Shown here: positions 41,920 to 57,320 of the stretch, piece after piece
Position numbering within the stretch: the first letter of the stretch is position 1
How the letters are laid out: every line of letters begins with the position of its first letter
NCBI GenBank assembly: GCA_964016885.1
Contig: OZ024745.1
Coordinates: forward strand, 113,460,001 to 113,524,000
Length of the DNA stretch: 64,000 nucleotides
Direction of reading: 5' to 3'
Source of the DNA: Eledone cirrhosa
Lineage: Eukaryota
Position numbers and translations under genes: made by a program
The notes under the pieces: model-generated
Told to the model about the DNA's origin: nothing
Databases searched by the model: none
What the model saw: only the letters and a program-made list of their open reading frames with translations

Positions 41920-42667
41920 TAATTGTTTCTACTTTTGGCACAAGGCCAGCAATTATCCAGTGTATTACTGGTACTTTATTTTATCGACCCCATAAGGATG
42001 AAAGGCAAAGTTAACATATAATAATAATAATAATAATATATATATATTTGAACTCATACCATAACGGTCCGTAACTCTTTGCTGCAAAACATGGTGTCCG
42101 ACTCTCTACCGATACTGCAAATCCACCGCCAATACCTATAAATAATAATAATTGTTTCTACTTTTGGCACAAGGCCAGCAATTACCCAGTGCATTACTAG
42201 TACTTTATTTTATCGACCCCGTAAGGATGAAAGGCAAAGTTAACCCCGGCAGGATTTGAACTCAGAATGGCAATAATAATAATGATTTCTACAATAGGCA
42301 CAAGGCCAGTAATTTGGGGGGGAGGGTAAAGTTGATTAAATCTACCCAGTGCATTACAGGTACTTTATTTTAATGACCCCGTAAGGATGAAAGGCAAAGT
42401 TAACCCCGGCAGGATTTGAACTCAGAATGGCAACGGCCGTAACTCTATGCGTCAAAGCATGATGTCCGACCCTCTATCGATACTGCCAATCCGCCGCCCT
42501 ACAAAGTAGGTTGTAATAATTGTTTCTACTTTAGGCACAAGGCCAGCAATCACCCAGTGCATTACTGGTACTTTATTTTATCGACCCCGTAAGGATGAAA
42601 GGCAAAGTGAACCTCGGCGGGATTTGAACTCAGATCATAAAGGGACGTAACTATGCTGGAAAGCATG
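41920..42667 (-). mobile_element. Cluster of four tandem SINE family 1 copies
   Basis: Units at about 41920-42130, 42149-42272, 42283-42498 and 42517-42667, separated by (AAT)n-rich spacers. Confidence 0.85.
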
Positions 42668-42758
42668 TAATAATGAACACACATAGTCACAGACAGGCAC
42701 ACAGAGACACACACACGCATGTACACATACGTACACGCATACAAACCCATACACGCAC

Positions 42759-42814
<56 letters not shown>

Positions 42815-43185
42815 TTGTGTGTATGTATGTTTCTGTATGGATGCATATTTGTGTGTATGTTCGTATGTATGTAGGTAGGTAGGTAGGTAAGTATGTATAT
42901 CTGTATATATGCATTAAGAAAAGTACACACCGTGTTTCTGGATAAATTGTATATACATTTATGGTTAATTAACACGCTATCAAAAACCTGTAGATTCCTG
43001 TAGATTGAATGAAGTAAATATATTTGACCTAACTTGTAAAAAAAGGCAAAACCTGATAACTTACGTCTGAACGTGGACCACATAGAGTGTAAGATGATTC
43101 AAATCGTGGGAGAATTTGTACATTGAGACTAAATGTGTATTTATTAGATATGAGCATATAATTCTACACACACACATACACACAC

Positions 43186-43218
<33 letters not shown>

Positions 43219-44058
43219 CAGTATATATATATACAATATATATATATATATATAGTTTAATAAATGAACAGAGAACAAAAAACAGAGAGGTAGTACAAAT
43301 CATATTAGTATTAGTTTCACGCTTGAGAGTGGGGGGGGGCACACACTCACACGCGCACACACGTATATATATATAATTAGGAGTTGACGGACCGACCAAA
43401 TTTATCAATGACAGGACCGGTTGTATCTCAGCGTACTCAATAGGCAACGTAGGATACATTCCCAGAGTATACACATAGTTATTCGCTTCAATACAAGACA
43501 CGTAAAACGGGTGCCTATATATATATATATAAATATAAATTTAGCGAGAATCACATTTCGGCGGGTAGAAAAAGCGAAACGGAACGCAAAATCAGACTTA
43601 TGTTAGCAAGCGCTCGCTCCATAGTTAAAAAACCAGAGCTAAACAATATGTTAAAACGCCATGCAAACTGAAAAAGTGGTCAAGAAGACATTAACCACCT
43701 AAGCCAAAAAAAAAAAAAAAAATCAATCTAAACAGGTCAAACAAAATAAATGATAAAAACAAACCTGGAATTGATGGTAAAATCCAAATGCAGAGTTTCT
43801 ATGACACCTAAATCAATAATACTGTCTGCTTAAAACTATAAGCTAAAACTATAAGCTTTTGGTATAATGATCGAACAAGGAATATCACGTTATGAACAGG
43901 TATTTTGCTCTGAAACAACTTTGTGAATGACGTAGAGCTTTGTAAAAGCACATGTTTAATGACAAGGGGAAAACCCCCAGATTTTGGCAAATGAATTCAG
44001 TATGTGTATATCATGCACAAAATTGCATAAATAGCACGAAATGGATAAGCACTCGATA

Positions 44059-44113
<55 letters not shown>

Positions 44114-44120
<7 letters not shown>

Positions 44121-44793
44121 GTATGGATTTACCGAGCATTTATTATAATGCTCGGTTTGTTTGTAAACAAACATCCCGAATTAAGCCGTACAGTGTTTAG
44201 CAACCATCGTTGCCCTTTTGTTCAACACTCACAAAGGAACGATGTACTAGTTTCAAGCTTATTAGCTATAGTCAGCACCGTATACCTTCCTGCCAGATGA
44301 TTGAACGTCTGAAAGTATATACTTTCCTTATGCATATTAACGGCTGAGCAGCCTAATTTGCATATCGAGTGGGTTAATCGGCCGGGCGCAACGAAAACGA
44401 TAAATGGAAAAAGATGAAACGAAATTTCATTTCTCACTCTTAGTACGGCTGTTACTTAAATATAAGTATGTATACGTACATACATATATGTATACAGACG
44501 TACAGTAGTATATATATATATACATACATGCACACATATATATATATGTCAGTGTTGAACAAAAGGGCAACGATGGTTGATAAACACTGTACGGCTTAAC
44601 TCGGGATGTTTGTTTACAAACAAACCGAGCATTATAATAAATGCTCGGTAAATCCATACGTACACATATATATATGTGTGGATGTATGTATATATATACA
44701 TACTACTGTACGTCTGTATACATATATGTATGTATACATACTTATATTTAAGTAACAGCCGTACTAAGAGTGAGAAATGTAATTTCGTTTCAT
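44114..44793. repeat. Two interleaved inverted repeats (A-X-B'-A'-B)
   Basis: A 44114-44228 versus 44552-44663. B 44419-44515 versus 44700-44793. Confidence 0.8.
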
Positions 44794-45007
44794 TTTTTTA
44801 CCATATATATATAAAATTTACTAGGCGTATTTTAAAAATCCTCAACTTTAATCTTTGGTTTATAAGCACATTGTAACTATATATATATGTGTGTATGTGC
44901 GCGCACGTGCGTGTGTGTGTGTAAAAAGTAAACAGAAATAACAACACAATCGGTACAATATATGGAAGGAATATATTAGGTTAACGCTTGAAATAGCAGG
45001 AAGTGGG

Positions 45008-45043
45008 TCTTAACGTTTCGGACGCTAGTCCTTCATCAGAAGA
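45008..45043 (-). ncRNA. Minimal type I hammerhead ribozyme motif, identical to 40091-40126
   Basis: Exact reverse complement, within a ~160-bp repeat (40050-40208 versus 44925-45085) that differs elsewhere. Confidence 0.75.
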
Positions 45044-48000
45044 AAGAATGAGAAATAAGAAAGATTGAAGGGACGGGCGGGTTGGAGTGGGGTTTAAGGT
45101 CACATGGCTTATTGGTTAGAACATAGAGCTTGCATTGTTCCAGTTTACTCAGTGGTAGAAATTATTTGCGATGTCACTGATTCCACATCGGTGGTGTCGT
45201 GATGGGAGACCGGTAAGCATGGGCGACTGCTGGTCTTCAGAAAATCCCAAGGGTATTTGTGACTGATGGGGATCTTTGCCCTTTATATATATATATCAAC
45301 ACAAAGAAATTCGGTGAAACATTTCCATATAACTTCCACCAAATTCAAACATAACTGGACATTGTTGGGACGGAAAAAATGTGTCTGTTCTGCCAATGTT
45401 AACAGTTCTTTAAAAGTCAACGAGAACGAGGATAATCACGGACTGCAATTTCAAACCCTTCAGTTTTTCTTACATGATCATTAATTTATGCCGATAATTA
45501 CAGGTGCATATATCTATGTAAGCAAATAGCTATGGGAAAACCTGAATAGGTAGAGTTTTCAGGCAAAATAATTGATAGCTTATACACACTTTACAAGTAC
45601 AAATTGTGAAAGGAACAGTAAAAATATAGAGGAGTTTTTAAAATTTCAATGATGGAGCGATTTTTCTTCGTTAGTAGCCAATTATTTCCTTGGGGCAAGA
45701 AATGAAATAGTTAAAAATATACGTTCGTTCAAACATACATGCATACAAACATGTGTACATACACACGAACGTACATACACCCATCTGAATATCGAATGCG
45801 GTTTTAGAATCTCATCACCCGTGTTTAGCCATGCGTGCAAAAACTATTAAGCAGTTTGTTATAGAAGGATGAATTCAGTTTAATACATTTACAGCAAACT
45901 GCCGGACCAAAATGATGCGAGGTCATTTCATTTATTTTATTAAAGCAATCTGTGAAAGTATGACTCTCATCACCATATTTCATGTTTATTATTCTCTAAT
46001 AAAACTGAGTTCTTCTACATTGCAGATATTTATTGTACCATGTATTGTAAGACTTATCCACTGATTTGGTATATTAATTAGAGGAGGATAACCAATCCAT
46101 ATCACCCAAATAGACAACCTACGTGATGTGTAAAACAATAATTAACTATGGTTACTAATATTAAGTATAGATCGATGAAACTCAGTAGATATATCTAAAT
46201 TATTTAAAAGAAAATAATTGATTGTAGTTCTTTAAAGTGTTTATAGGAATGTAGTTGATTGGAGTTCTTTAAATCAAAGATTGAATATCGCGTTTAATAT
46301 CATGCTTGGTAGGGTTAAATACTATATGCTGAAAGAAGATACAAAACGAGTGTATTTAGAATATAAGCGAGTGTATTTAGAATATAAGCGATACAAATAG
46401 ATGAAAAAGGCTTGTGTTTGAAAATTGTTTGTAAATATGGGGTCACTTATAGTAGATTGTTAAATGAAGCGACAAATTAGTAACATTTTGTTTAGTTGCA
46501 GAACGATTTTATTTCAAATAGGTATCAGAAAAACACTAGATAAATTAATGTAAATTCATGCTTCGATATTTTCAATAATATTATTTGATTGCAATTTGAA
46601 ACAACTGAAGCTTAAAAATAATAGAGGCATCTTATATAATTAACTTCAAAATCTTTTGAAATGGAAGAGATTGCTAAGCGAAAATATAATAGATATTTAA
46701 AAAAAATTTTATGTTATTGACATTATGATATAATTGTGCCAGATGATGCATACCCTGAAGGATAATTCCGGAAAATGTGAAGTACCTGAGAAACGAAAAG
46801 AAAAAGAAATCAAATATTAGGTATTATGTATTAAAATCTCAAGATCATCACCAGGTCATGATATTTGATTGCATTTCAGTAACTTTAAATAGACTTTATA
46901 ATTCTTTTAGAATTTTCATTGTTTTAGCAAATAAGTCATCGCTGTTTTTGAGAATCACTATAGTCTGTGTTATCTTGTGACGGCAAATAATTGGCTTTAA
47001 TTCTGAAATGTTAATGGTCCACGGAGATATTTGCACTTACATTTCCGTTGTAAATAAAGTAAAAGTAAAATATATAATGCATTGTACTGAGCCCCAGAAA
47101 ATATATGGTAGGCCTTATTTGGCATCATGTTAATATCACCCTCCTATTCTTTGAGAACTCTTAATGTTTTAAACTTTCGCTCAATACGACTGCTTTCAAG
47201 ATAACAGACATGTACCGATCTGGAGTTTCTTAAGAAGTTTTCCTGCTGAATGCTATAGAGTATAATAGGAAAACATTCGCCAGCGACAGCTGACTAGTAA
47301 ATAGTAAAGAACCGAAACATTAAGATTATATATCCGCCTATTGCTATCTTGTATCCGGTTTTCTACATTATTTTCGTACCGGATTTCGAAAGGCCTGCCA
47401 GACGTCGTCTATTCGGATGCATTCAGAGATTAACCACAAAAGTTAAGCCTTGTTTTTATCAACAAGCAATTTCAGTGAAACGTGGCTGAGAAATGTTTTT
47501 TCTTGATTTTGATTCTACTGTGTATCTACAAAAAACATCCCTTTACATACCTACATTTTAAGACACAAAATCATATACCGTTCCTCTCTCAGGTAAATAT
47601 TTCTCATCTCTTATATCTAATCAATATCTGTTCTACAAGTTACTCCAACCTTTCTATTCCAGTTTTTCGTCTAAAGACACTCTTGGTAACTAATATTGAA
47701 TTCTATTACCTGTCTCAACTGGATATTATCAACATAGTTAATATAGCATGGGTTCTCATTTATCTATTTCTCTAAGTTTATTTGTTTTATCTTGTCTTTA
47801 TTCCAGCATTCAGAACATCCATTTCAACTCACTTCTAAGAGGTTATGCAATACTTCTTGCATTGTGTGCATAACAATATTTTTGGAATTGATATCAAATT
47901 CTTTGCAATCGTTAATTAACTACATAACTCCATCTCCCCAGATCATTCTAATGACACACCAAATACTCACCTGTAAAACCAAACAAGATATTGCTGTCAC

Positions 48001-50089
48001 ATTTGATTGTATAATGACTTACCCATTAAAGTCTTACATCAATATTTTTCACGACCACTACTTCCCTACTTCGAACTTTGATGTTGCAAGCCACATAAAT
48101 CGTTGGGGTTAAAGGTAACCTATCGGAAACAGCTAAGCTGGTGGCCGATACATTCACTCTGTATATGATTCTCAATTTCCCTGAGTTAAAACAAGTAACA
48201 CTGCTTAGAATATCTGAAGGTGATGAAATCCAAGAAAATAAATGTTAACTTCGTGAATCCTACGCTCTTCAATCGCTATCTCCGTCGATTAATACATATT
48301 CTTTTGATTCCATAGCAAGATAATCTTCATTAATTTTGCGGATTCTATTTATCGGCTACTTTACAACTGAGATGCCTTGATAGATACACTGCACATTATT
48401 AAAAAAAACTCCTATATATTTCATCTGCCTACCACTTCTGCAGGCCATGTAATACCCATCAATCTGCTGAGATTAAATATGTACAGGGTGTAATTATGTG
48501 AAGATTTTAACCATTCAGCAAATTTCAATTTGGAATTAGAAGAACGTATCCTACTTCATATAGACCTGTTCATAAGTAAATTATATTTATCAAGATATCT
48601 CCAAACAGAGGTATACTGTAGAGGTAATTATATTACAAATAAATACTGTTATTGGGTTTCATTTAAAGATTGGCAACAATACAATATACCTTTGAGAATG
48701 GAATAAATCTCATTACTCACCACATATTTTCTTTGGTAGTTTTCAGCAATATATTTAGTTAAGATCCTGGAACATTTCTGTTTATAATTTACAATAGATG
48801 TCATTGTTAATGTTCATGTTTTCGTTTGTTTTAGACAAATTTCCTTACGAAACCCTTTTGGTGGTTGCATTTCAGTACATACATTTATAAGATAATATCT
48901 ATATTGCTCTTAGAGTTATATATTATAACAAAATAGTTTTCTTTTGATCAAAACGTATTTCTGATGCTGGTATTTAGAAGAACATATATATTGACAACTA
49001 TATATTGTTATAGAAAATAGTACTGTTTGAAGAGATTAATTATCCTCCTGGTTGAAAATAGTCATTTTTCTTGCCCCTTTCTCTACATCGGGGCAAAACC
49101 AATGTGTTCTTCATTTATACTGCTTATATATTACTGCACTCTACTGTGACGTTATTCGTCATATCTTGGTGGTAGACTTGCCTAATGTTTATTTTAATGG
49201 ATTCTGAAACGTAGTACATATGCTATGACGTGAGCTAGTTTTGTCCCAAACATTTCGGGACCAATATTCCAGATAGACAATAGTATCACATTCACATGAC
49301 AAGATTCATTCTGTTTCTGTTCTGTTTTTCCTTCTTTATTTCATTATTCATTCAAAGTATATTTGAAATATTCATTGTAAGATAATAATTATTGCCAGTG
49401 TTTTAAATACAACTTTGTTAATTTGAATTATGTTCTTTTATCATGTTACTACACTGATTTTAGATACAAGATATTTGATATTAAATTATCATCACAATAT
49501 AAATTAGAGAATAATAATTAGATGTAATAGATATTTTAATTAAATATTCAGCAGAAATAATAAATTCATTTAAAGCCATAATTGTTATAACAGGAATGAT
49601 CTGCAAAATGTTTTGTTAATTTACAGACCGAGAGACAAGGGGAAATAGATTTTATTGTAATATGAGACCGATAAAATTTTATTACAGGAATTCTATTAGC
49701 AATTATTGCATTACTCTCTAGTGAGGTATTTGAGAAGTTATAAAATATTTGGTCCATTCAATCTTATTCACTATCAGAAACTATCAGATACAAAATATAA
49801 ACACTATTGAAGCGAGGCAAATTATATCATTGGATTGTATCAGGCAAACAGAAATGAAGTTTTCGTCTAAAATTGCAACCAACCATCATACAATCCAACG
49901 CAGGTACCTTTACACGCTTTCTTTAGCCTGTCAGACATATCAAACAAATTTCTTCATATCACACATTATATTGTTCGGTGATGCCTCTGTAGTGTATGTG
50001 TTGTGTAAATCACTTTTATTAAGTTGTTATTGCATAGGGAATGTGTCGTGGACAAAGAGTGTACAGTTTCAATAGTAATATTAAAATGG

Positions 50090-50650
50090 AAGTGTCTAGC
50101 GTAGGATATTAGTTGTACCCAGCAAGATTGTCCTTTTAGATGTGTGTAATATTGTGAAGCTTAGTATGGATTTTATTTTTCGTCATACCGGATGTTCTAA
50201 TTGACGCTGTTTTCTTTTCCCTTTGTTCCCCATAATTTGTTTCTTTAAATTTTAAGATTCTTATATCGAGAGATTTTCAATCCTCTGTCCAGGTAGTTTA
50301 GGATGTGGATTAATCTGTCTGTCATGTATCAACTGAATTTGTTCTGTTCCGTAATAATTATATCTGCATGTTTAGCCTTGGTTCTCTTTAATTTGAACAG
50401 GCATACACCAGATTATTGTAGCAAACTTGTTATCATATATCATTTTGTACCTGGTTGTAGCGCTCTGTACTGTTCTTCACGTCAAAGTATCGGTAAATTT
50501 CCCGATAGCTGTCGAAACGATCAGGTTTGTGAATTTGATCAAACGTGGCAAGAATTGGACAAACGAATGTGATGTGAGAAACTATGTAATCGTATTGGTT
50601 GTACTCTCTGTGCTTTTCAAACTACATAAATACTTTCCCTACTTAGAAAC
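50090..50650 (-). mobile_element. Old, degenerate RLE-type LINE 3' end
   Basis: Minus-strand remnants in the expected order: HITFVCPILA (CCHC knuckle), KHADIII (RLE PD motif), TILLGTTNILR (R4-like C-terminus). Confidence 0.5.
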
Positions 50651-51639
50651 CTAATTAGACTCAGCTTGGAAAACATGGCTAAAAGTGTTAGAAATTAACA
50701 GATGATTTAATGTAAATATCCTGTCAGAGTCTGTTATTTTGTCTAATACGAGTATCTCAATATATAACCGTACAGAAAATCGGTCAATGTCTTTTTACAC
50801 ACACTTATGTATCATTCCAATTGAACATATTTTCTCAAGTATAATACCTTTTCGCACATGTTCTTGCTCCATTTCAAGATGTAGGTTATTTCTAGCAAGG
50901 GGAGCAACCAGTCAGTAAAACCCTTCGTCGGCAGTTTGGAAATATAATTGAGAGTGTTGCTTAAGCTATTTTTGTTTTGATTTCTATTTCATCTAACAGT
51001 TACTATTTGTATCCTTACCATAAATATACTATTCACTGTCATTGACATCCGATTGCTAAAATTGCTTTATTGCCATCCACAGTAATCATATGTTTAATGT
51101 AGTGGATTTTCTTGGTGCTGTAATAGTTTAACTCAGCAGAATATTGCTCTAAATTTCACCAATCTTCACTGCATTACTGGTTTCTCACATTTTTTGTCAT
51201 GATCACTTAGATCTTTTATGAATTTTATTTATGTTTAAATTCGAATATGCAATTTGTAACATCATGATCCATGAAACAGCAACCATATATTCATGGATTA
51301 TTTACCACGAAGAGAAATACGTAAAATTTCAACATCAGTAATTTGATATAAGAATGCGTTTCGATATGGAATATAATAACATTAATCATTTTAATTTGGA
51401 AGAAGGAAGCAATGGGAAAAGAAAAATTGGAAATGAAAGTAAAAGAGAAGTCGTATTGAGTAATTACAGTGGTAAAGCTAACATTTGCCGCTCAGTTTCC
51501 TGAATCGGAAATGGAGATGACATCAGGAATTAATGACGAGATACGACACAAAGAGTATTCGTAGAATAATAAAAGATATAATAAAAGATATACGTATGTA
51601 GGCATGTATATATATATACATATACGCACACATGCATAC

Positions 51640-52353
<714 letters not shown>

Positions 52354-52640
52354 TGTAGGTTGATCCGGATGGGAATCTGGAGATGAGCTCGGATAAAAAG
52401 CCATTCAATACGTCAGTAGAGTATAAGCAACTATATTTTATAGGGAAATGACTTCTACATGATTAGAACTGTTTCATTCATATGAAATCATCAAGAATCA
52501 GGGGATATACTTCATAGAAATGTCAATGTCCAGTTTGGGGATCATATTGTGTAACGATGCTTAAGTATCTGATAAGAAGCAGTATGTATTCTCGATGGGA
52601 TTCCGGAGGATGTATATTTCTATATATAATACACACACAC

Positions 52641-52676
<36 letters not shown>

Positions 52677-52683
52677 CTTCTTA

Positions 52684-52895
52684 GACGATCGACTTTCGTC
52701 AAATCGGACCGAGGGAACAATGTTTCCGTTGGTCTTTCCAATTGCTAATACTATCTATCGGTCGCAACTCCAGGTAGAAGGAGCAACGTGAAATAAAGTG
52801 TCTTGCTCAAGGACATAACGCATCGCCTGGTCCAGGAATCGAACTCACAACCTTACGATTGCGAACCCAATTCTCTAACCACTCAGCCACACGCC
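52684..52895 (-). mobile_element. SINE family 2, subfamily with alternative 3' half
   Basis: Reverse complement of 35113-35330. Confidence 0.8.
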
Positions 52896-52902
52896 GTCAC
52901 CG

Positions 52903-52962
<60 letters not shown>

Positions 52963-53001
52963 ATGTGTGTGTAAATATATATATATATATATATACACAC
53001 A

Positions 53002-53050
53002 CACTGACCAAGAAACTCACTCATATGATTGATGGGTGCTACACGAGACT
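53002..53050 (+). mobile_element. Tiny fragment of the 39-kb RTE family
   Basis: TLTKKLTHMIDGCYTR matches TLTKRLTQMVDGCYTR at 39478-39525. Confidence 0.65.
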
Positions 53051-53716
53051 AAATAAAGATGGCGTAGAAAATACAATGCAACGGGAGGAAACAATAGCAC
53101 CACTGACGATGTTGCAGATGTGCAACGAAAGAACTTTGATAAACTATATATATGTGTTTGTGTCTATATTGTATCTGTATTTTTGACCGTTGGTCAGTCA
53201 ATGGCAACATTGAGGACCGAATAAATTAAATTAATCGATATGAAAGACACAGAAGCGAAAAGCGAAAACCAACCAAACAGTGAGTGTGTTCTGTTATTAA
53301 TTCTGGCAATATCACACAAACATGGCCCTCCCCAAGTATAACAATATTTGTTTCGACACACGATTTCATATGAAAAAACCTCGCAAAACTATATATATAT
53401 GTATGTATGTATATATGTATAAATATATATAGAGGGGGAAATTAGATAGAGAGATAGATACATAAAGAAAGAGAGAGAGAAAGAGAGTAGAGGCAGGGAA
53501 TGGATGACAGGCATGCAAAGAGAAACGTTAGTGAAAACCAAATTGCTGATTGCATGTGACTTGCAAATTAATTAATCTTGTCATAAATGTCTAGCACATA
53601 ATTTAGCTCCAATGCTGGTTTTACAAATTATTTTTTCTGCGCTTGTCTCTATATAGTTTTTACTATATATATGTCTTGTAGATATACGCATCATATACAT
53701 GTATATATTAATATAT

Positions 53717-53903
53717 AATTGTTTCTACTTTTGGCACAAGGCCAGCAATTACCCAGTGCATTACTGGTACTTTATTTTATCGACCCCGTAAGGATGAAAG
53801 GCAAAGTTAACCTCGGCGGAATTTGAACTCAGAATGGCAAGGGCCGTAACTCTATACGTCCAAGCATGGCGTCCGACCCTCTACCGATACTGCCAATCCA
53901 CCG
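53717..53903 (-). mobile_element. SINE family 1
   Basis: Colinear with the 11163 copy. Confidence 0.85.
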
Positions 53904-54143
53904 AATGCATCTTTATAATATATGCACATTTGAATTCAGATAATTAAATACATGGAATCAAATCACCCCCATCGCACATCCGTACGCAACTACTCACATA
54001 CATAGACACACACACCCAGACACACACAGACACACACACACATACACACACACACATATATATATATAATAAATATCTGTGTAAATGAGGTTATTAAATA
54101 TTACATTTACACGCAAAGACGGGGAATATAATCAGAAACACGC

Positions 54144-54235
<92 letters not shown>

Positions 54236-54239
<4 letters not shown>

Positions 54240-54422
54240 GTTTCTACTTTAGGCACAAGGCCAGCAATTACCCAGTGCATTACTGGTACTTTATTTTATC
54301 GACCCCGTAAGGATGAAAGGCAAAGTCAACCTCGGCGGGATTTGAACTCAGATCGTAAAGGGACGTAACTATGCTGGAAAGCATGGCGTCCGACCCTCTA
54401 CCGATACTGCCAATCCACCGCC
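54236..54422 (-). mobile_element. SINE family 1 in (TA)n
   Basis: Near-identical to the 11163 copy. Confidence 0.85.
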
Positions 54423-54431
54423 CTTATATAT

Positions 54432-54494
<63 letters not shown>

Positions 54495-54573
54495 GTATAT
54501 ATATATATATTATATATATTATGGAATACTGTTGGCTTCTTGCTACAATAATTTCTATACTTTTCATTTATAT

Positions 54574-55386
<813 letters not shown>

Positions 55387-55582
55387 TATGTGTGTGTGTG
55401 TGTTTGCGTATGTGTATGTGTGTTTGTGTATGTATGTATGTGCATGTGTGTGTCTGTGTGTTTTGTTTTGATGTTATCCGGCAATTGGCGAAATCAGGTG
55501 TGAAAGTATGTGTATTTGTGTGTGTGTGTGTTACTTATGCGAGGGACGACAGATGAAAGATATACTACTCCCCCTCTCTCTC

Positions 55583-55649
<67 letters not shown>

Positions 55650-56101
55650 ATCTAACATTTTACAAAACATTTGCTTGTTTTACGGTGTATTCAAATAGGC
55701 TTGTTTTCAAGTAAAAATATTGTTTTAAAAGACTTTTTTATGGAAATGAAGCAAAATGGAAGCTTAATGTTGAAACTTCGAACTCATGAATTTTGCAGGT
55801 TAAAATGTTGCTGGTCCGAAAACTGTTCGCGTATTTCTGTACTTTTGCACGCGTCGTTTATAGATAAACAAATGACGCCATAAAAGGGAAATAACTTGTG
55901 TCTTATCTTTATTTATACATTTGAACTGAAAAATCAATATATTACGAATTCGATTTTTGCACTTGGCGTGGGTCGATTTGAAAGTTTTTTTGACCGATGT
56001 CTCCGCCGGACCTTCATCTATAAATGTAGCAATTTCACCGAAATTTGAACCTACGGTTTAGGAGACAGACAGACAGACAACCTCAGTTTTATATATATAG
56101 A
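55650..56101 (-). mobile_element. Helitron-like 5' half without a visible 3' CTAG end of its own
   Basis: Minus strand A|TCTATATATATAAAACTGAGGTTGTCTGTCTG, similar to the 38375 head. Left boundary uncertain. Confidence 0.55.
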
Positions 56102-56453
56102 TATATAACGAAGGAGTTGTGGTAAGGAACCAGATGGACCATAAGGCACCAGAGTACTCAATACTTAGTGTAGTAGAGTGTGTAATACGAAAATGTATGA
56201 CCCCGACGGCAGAGCTCAAGCCGTCGAAACGGGGTCATACATTTTCCTATATATATATATATATATATATATATTGGTAAACGGAATAGAAAATGCTGAC
56301 AAACTGTTCACAGTGAAAAATAGTTTAATTAGGAATAAGTGAGAATTAGTAATTGTATTGGTTAGTATTCAGTTTTGGTTTTAAGTTTTACCGGTTGCGC
56401 ATTTCTAATGCTTTTCAAAAATAATTTTGAGATAAAGCGTCCGTGATATAAAC

Positions 56454-56495
<42 letters not shown>

Positions 56496-56620
56496 AAAAT
56501 GAGGGTTTTTTTTTTACAAGAGGAAAAAAAAATCGGGACGTCCTACACGAGTGAAAGTATAAGGAAAAAAGATGAAGTCGAAAAAGCAACTGGAGTCTTT
56601 TTAAGAATATTTATTTGGTT

Positions 56621-56658
56621 CCTTTACCGGTTTCGCAGCTCTTGTGCTTTTCAAAAAG
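56621..56658 (-). ncRNA. Hammerhead motif, U3:A8 core variant
   Basis: CTTT-TTGAAAA-GCA-CAAGAGC-TGC-GAAA-CCGG-TA-AAGG. A degenerate tandem partner (GCAA for GAAA) lies at 56385-56421. Confidence 0.6.
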
Positions 56659-56841
56659 TAGAATTGAGATAGAGGGATGGGGGAGTTAGCCTATTATTCG
56701 ACATAATGCACCATACTTTAAGGAAAGTACGTTGCAGATATAATTTCAAGTTGTATATTCTCTACGATCAGGCTCAAACATTCTCGATCTATCTTTTCTG
56801 GTGTACTTTTTCTTTCGATCTATATATCTATCTCTCTCTCT

Positions 56842-56882
<41 letters not shown>

Positions 56883-57320
56883 GTTCTCTCTCTCTCTCAC
56901 TCTCTCTCTCTCTGTGTTTGTGTTTATATGTTTGCATTTTTTTTTCGTGAAAATCAGCAAGAATAAAGAGCGCTCTAATGTAAATAGTGGGGATTTATTA
57001 TGATTTATACACACGAAAATTCTTTTCTCAGTCAAATGTTTCATGGTTGGTCAATCTTTTATATGTGCAAGCTATGTTTGCCAGAGATATCGTAAGACGA
57101 GTATTTTAGAGATGGCATGAAAGCTTTGGTTGCCCCATTTTATGTATACTTATCATTATATATATATATGGGATAACAAGTTATCGTTTTAGTTAATCCA
57201 GTTAGATGTTGTGAGTACTCTTTATTGTGGATAGTTTTAACGTACCGCGTTGTTTGGCTCAACAAGAGGTTAGGTAGCGAGTTCGTGAGAATTCCCATGC
57301 AGGTTATTCTTGGAGTAATA

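Noticed and set aside
46346-46391. 22-bp tandem duplication (similar ones at 10897-10936 and 63843-63902)
   Set aside because: Ordinary slippage duplications.
47600-48060. Possible ancient RTE-like RT remnant on the minus strand (QLRQVIEF)
   Set aside because: Too degenerate to support without a profile search.
52450-52497. Hammerhead-like TTGATGA..GAAACAGTTCTA (similar string at 11900-11935)
   Set aside because: Core and stem III are mismatched. At best a decayed relic.
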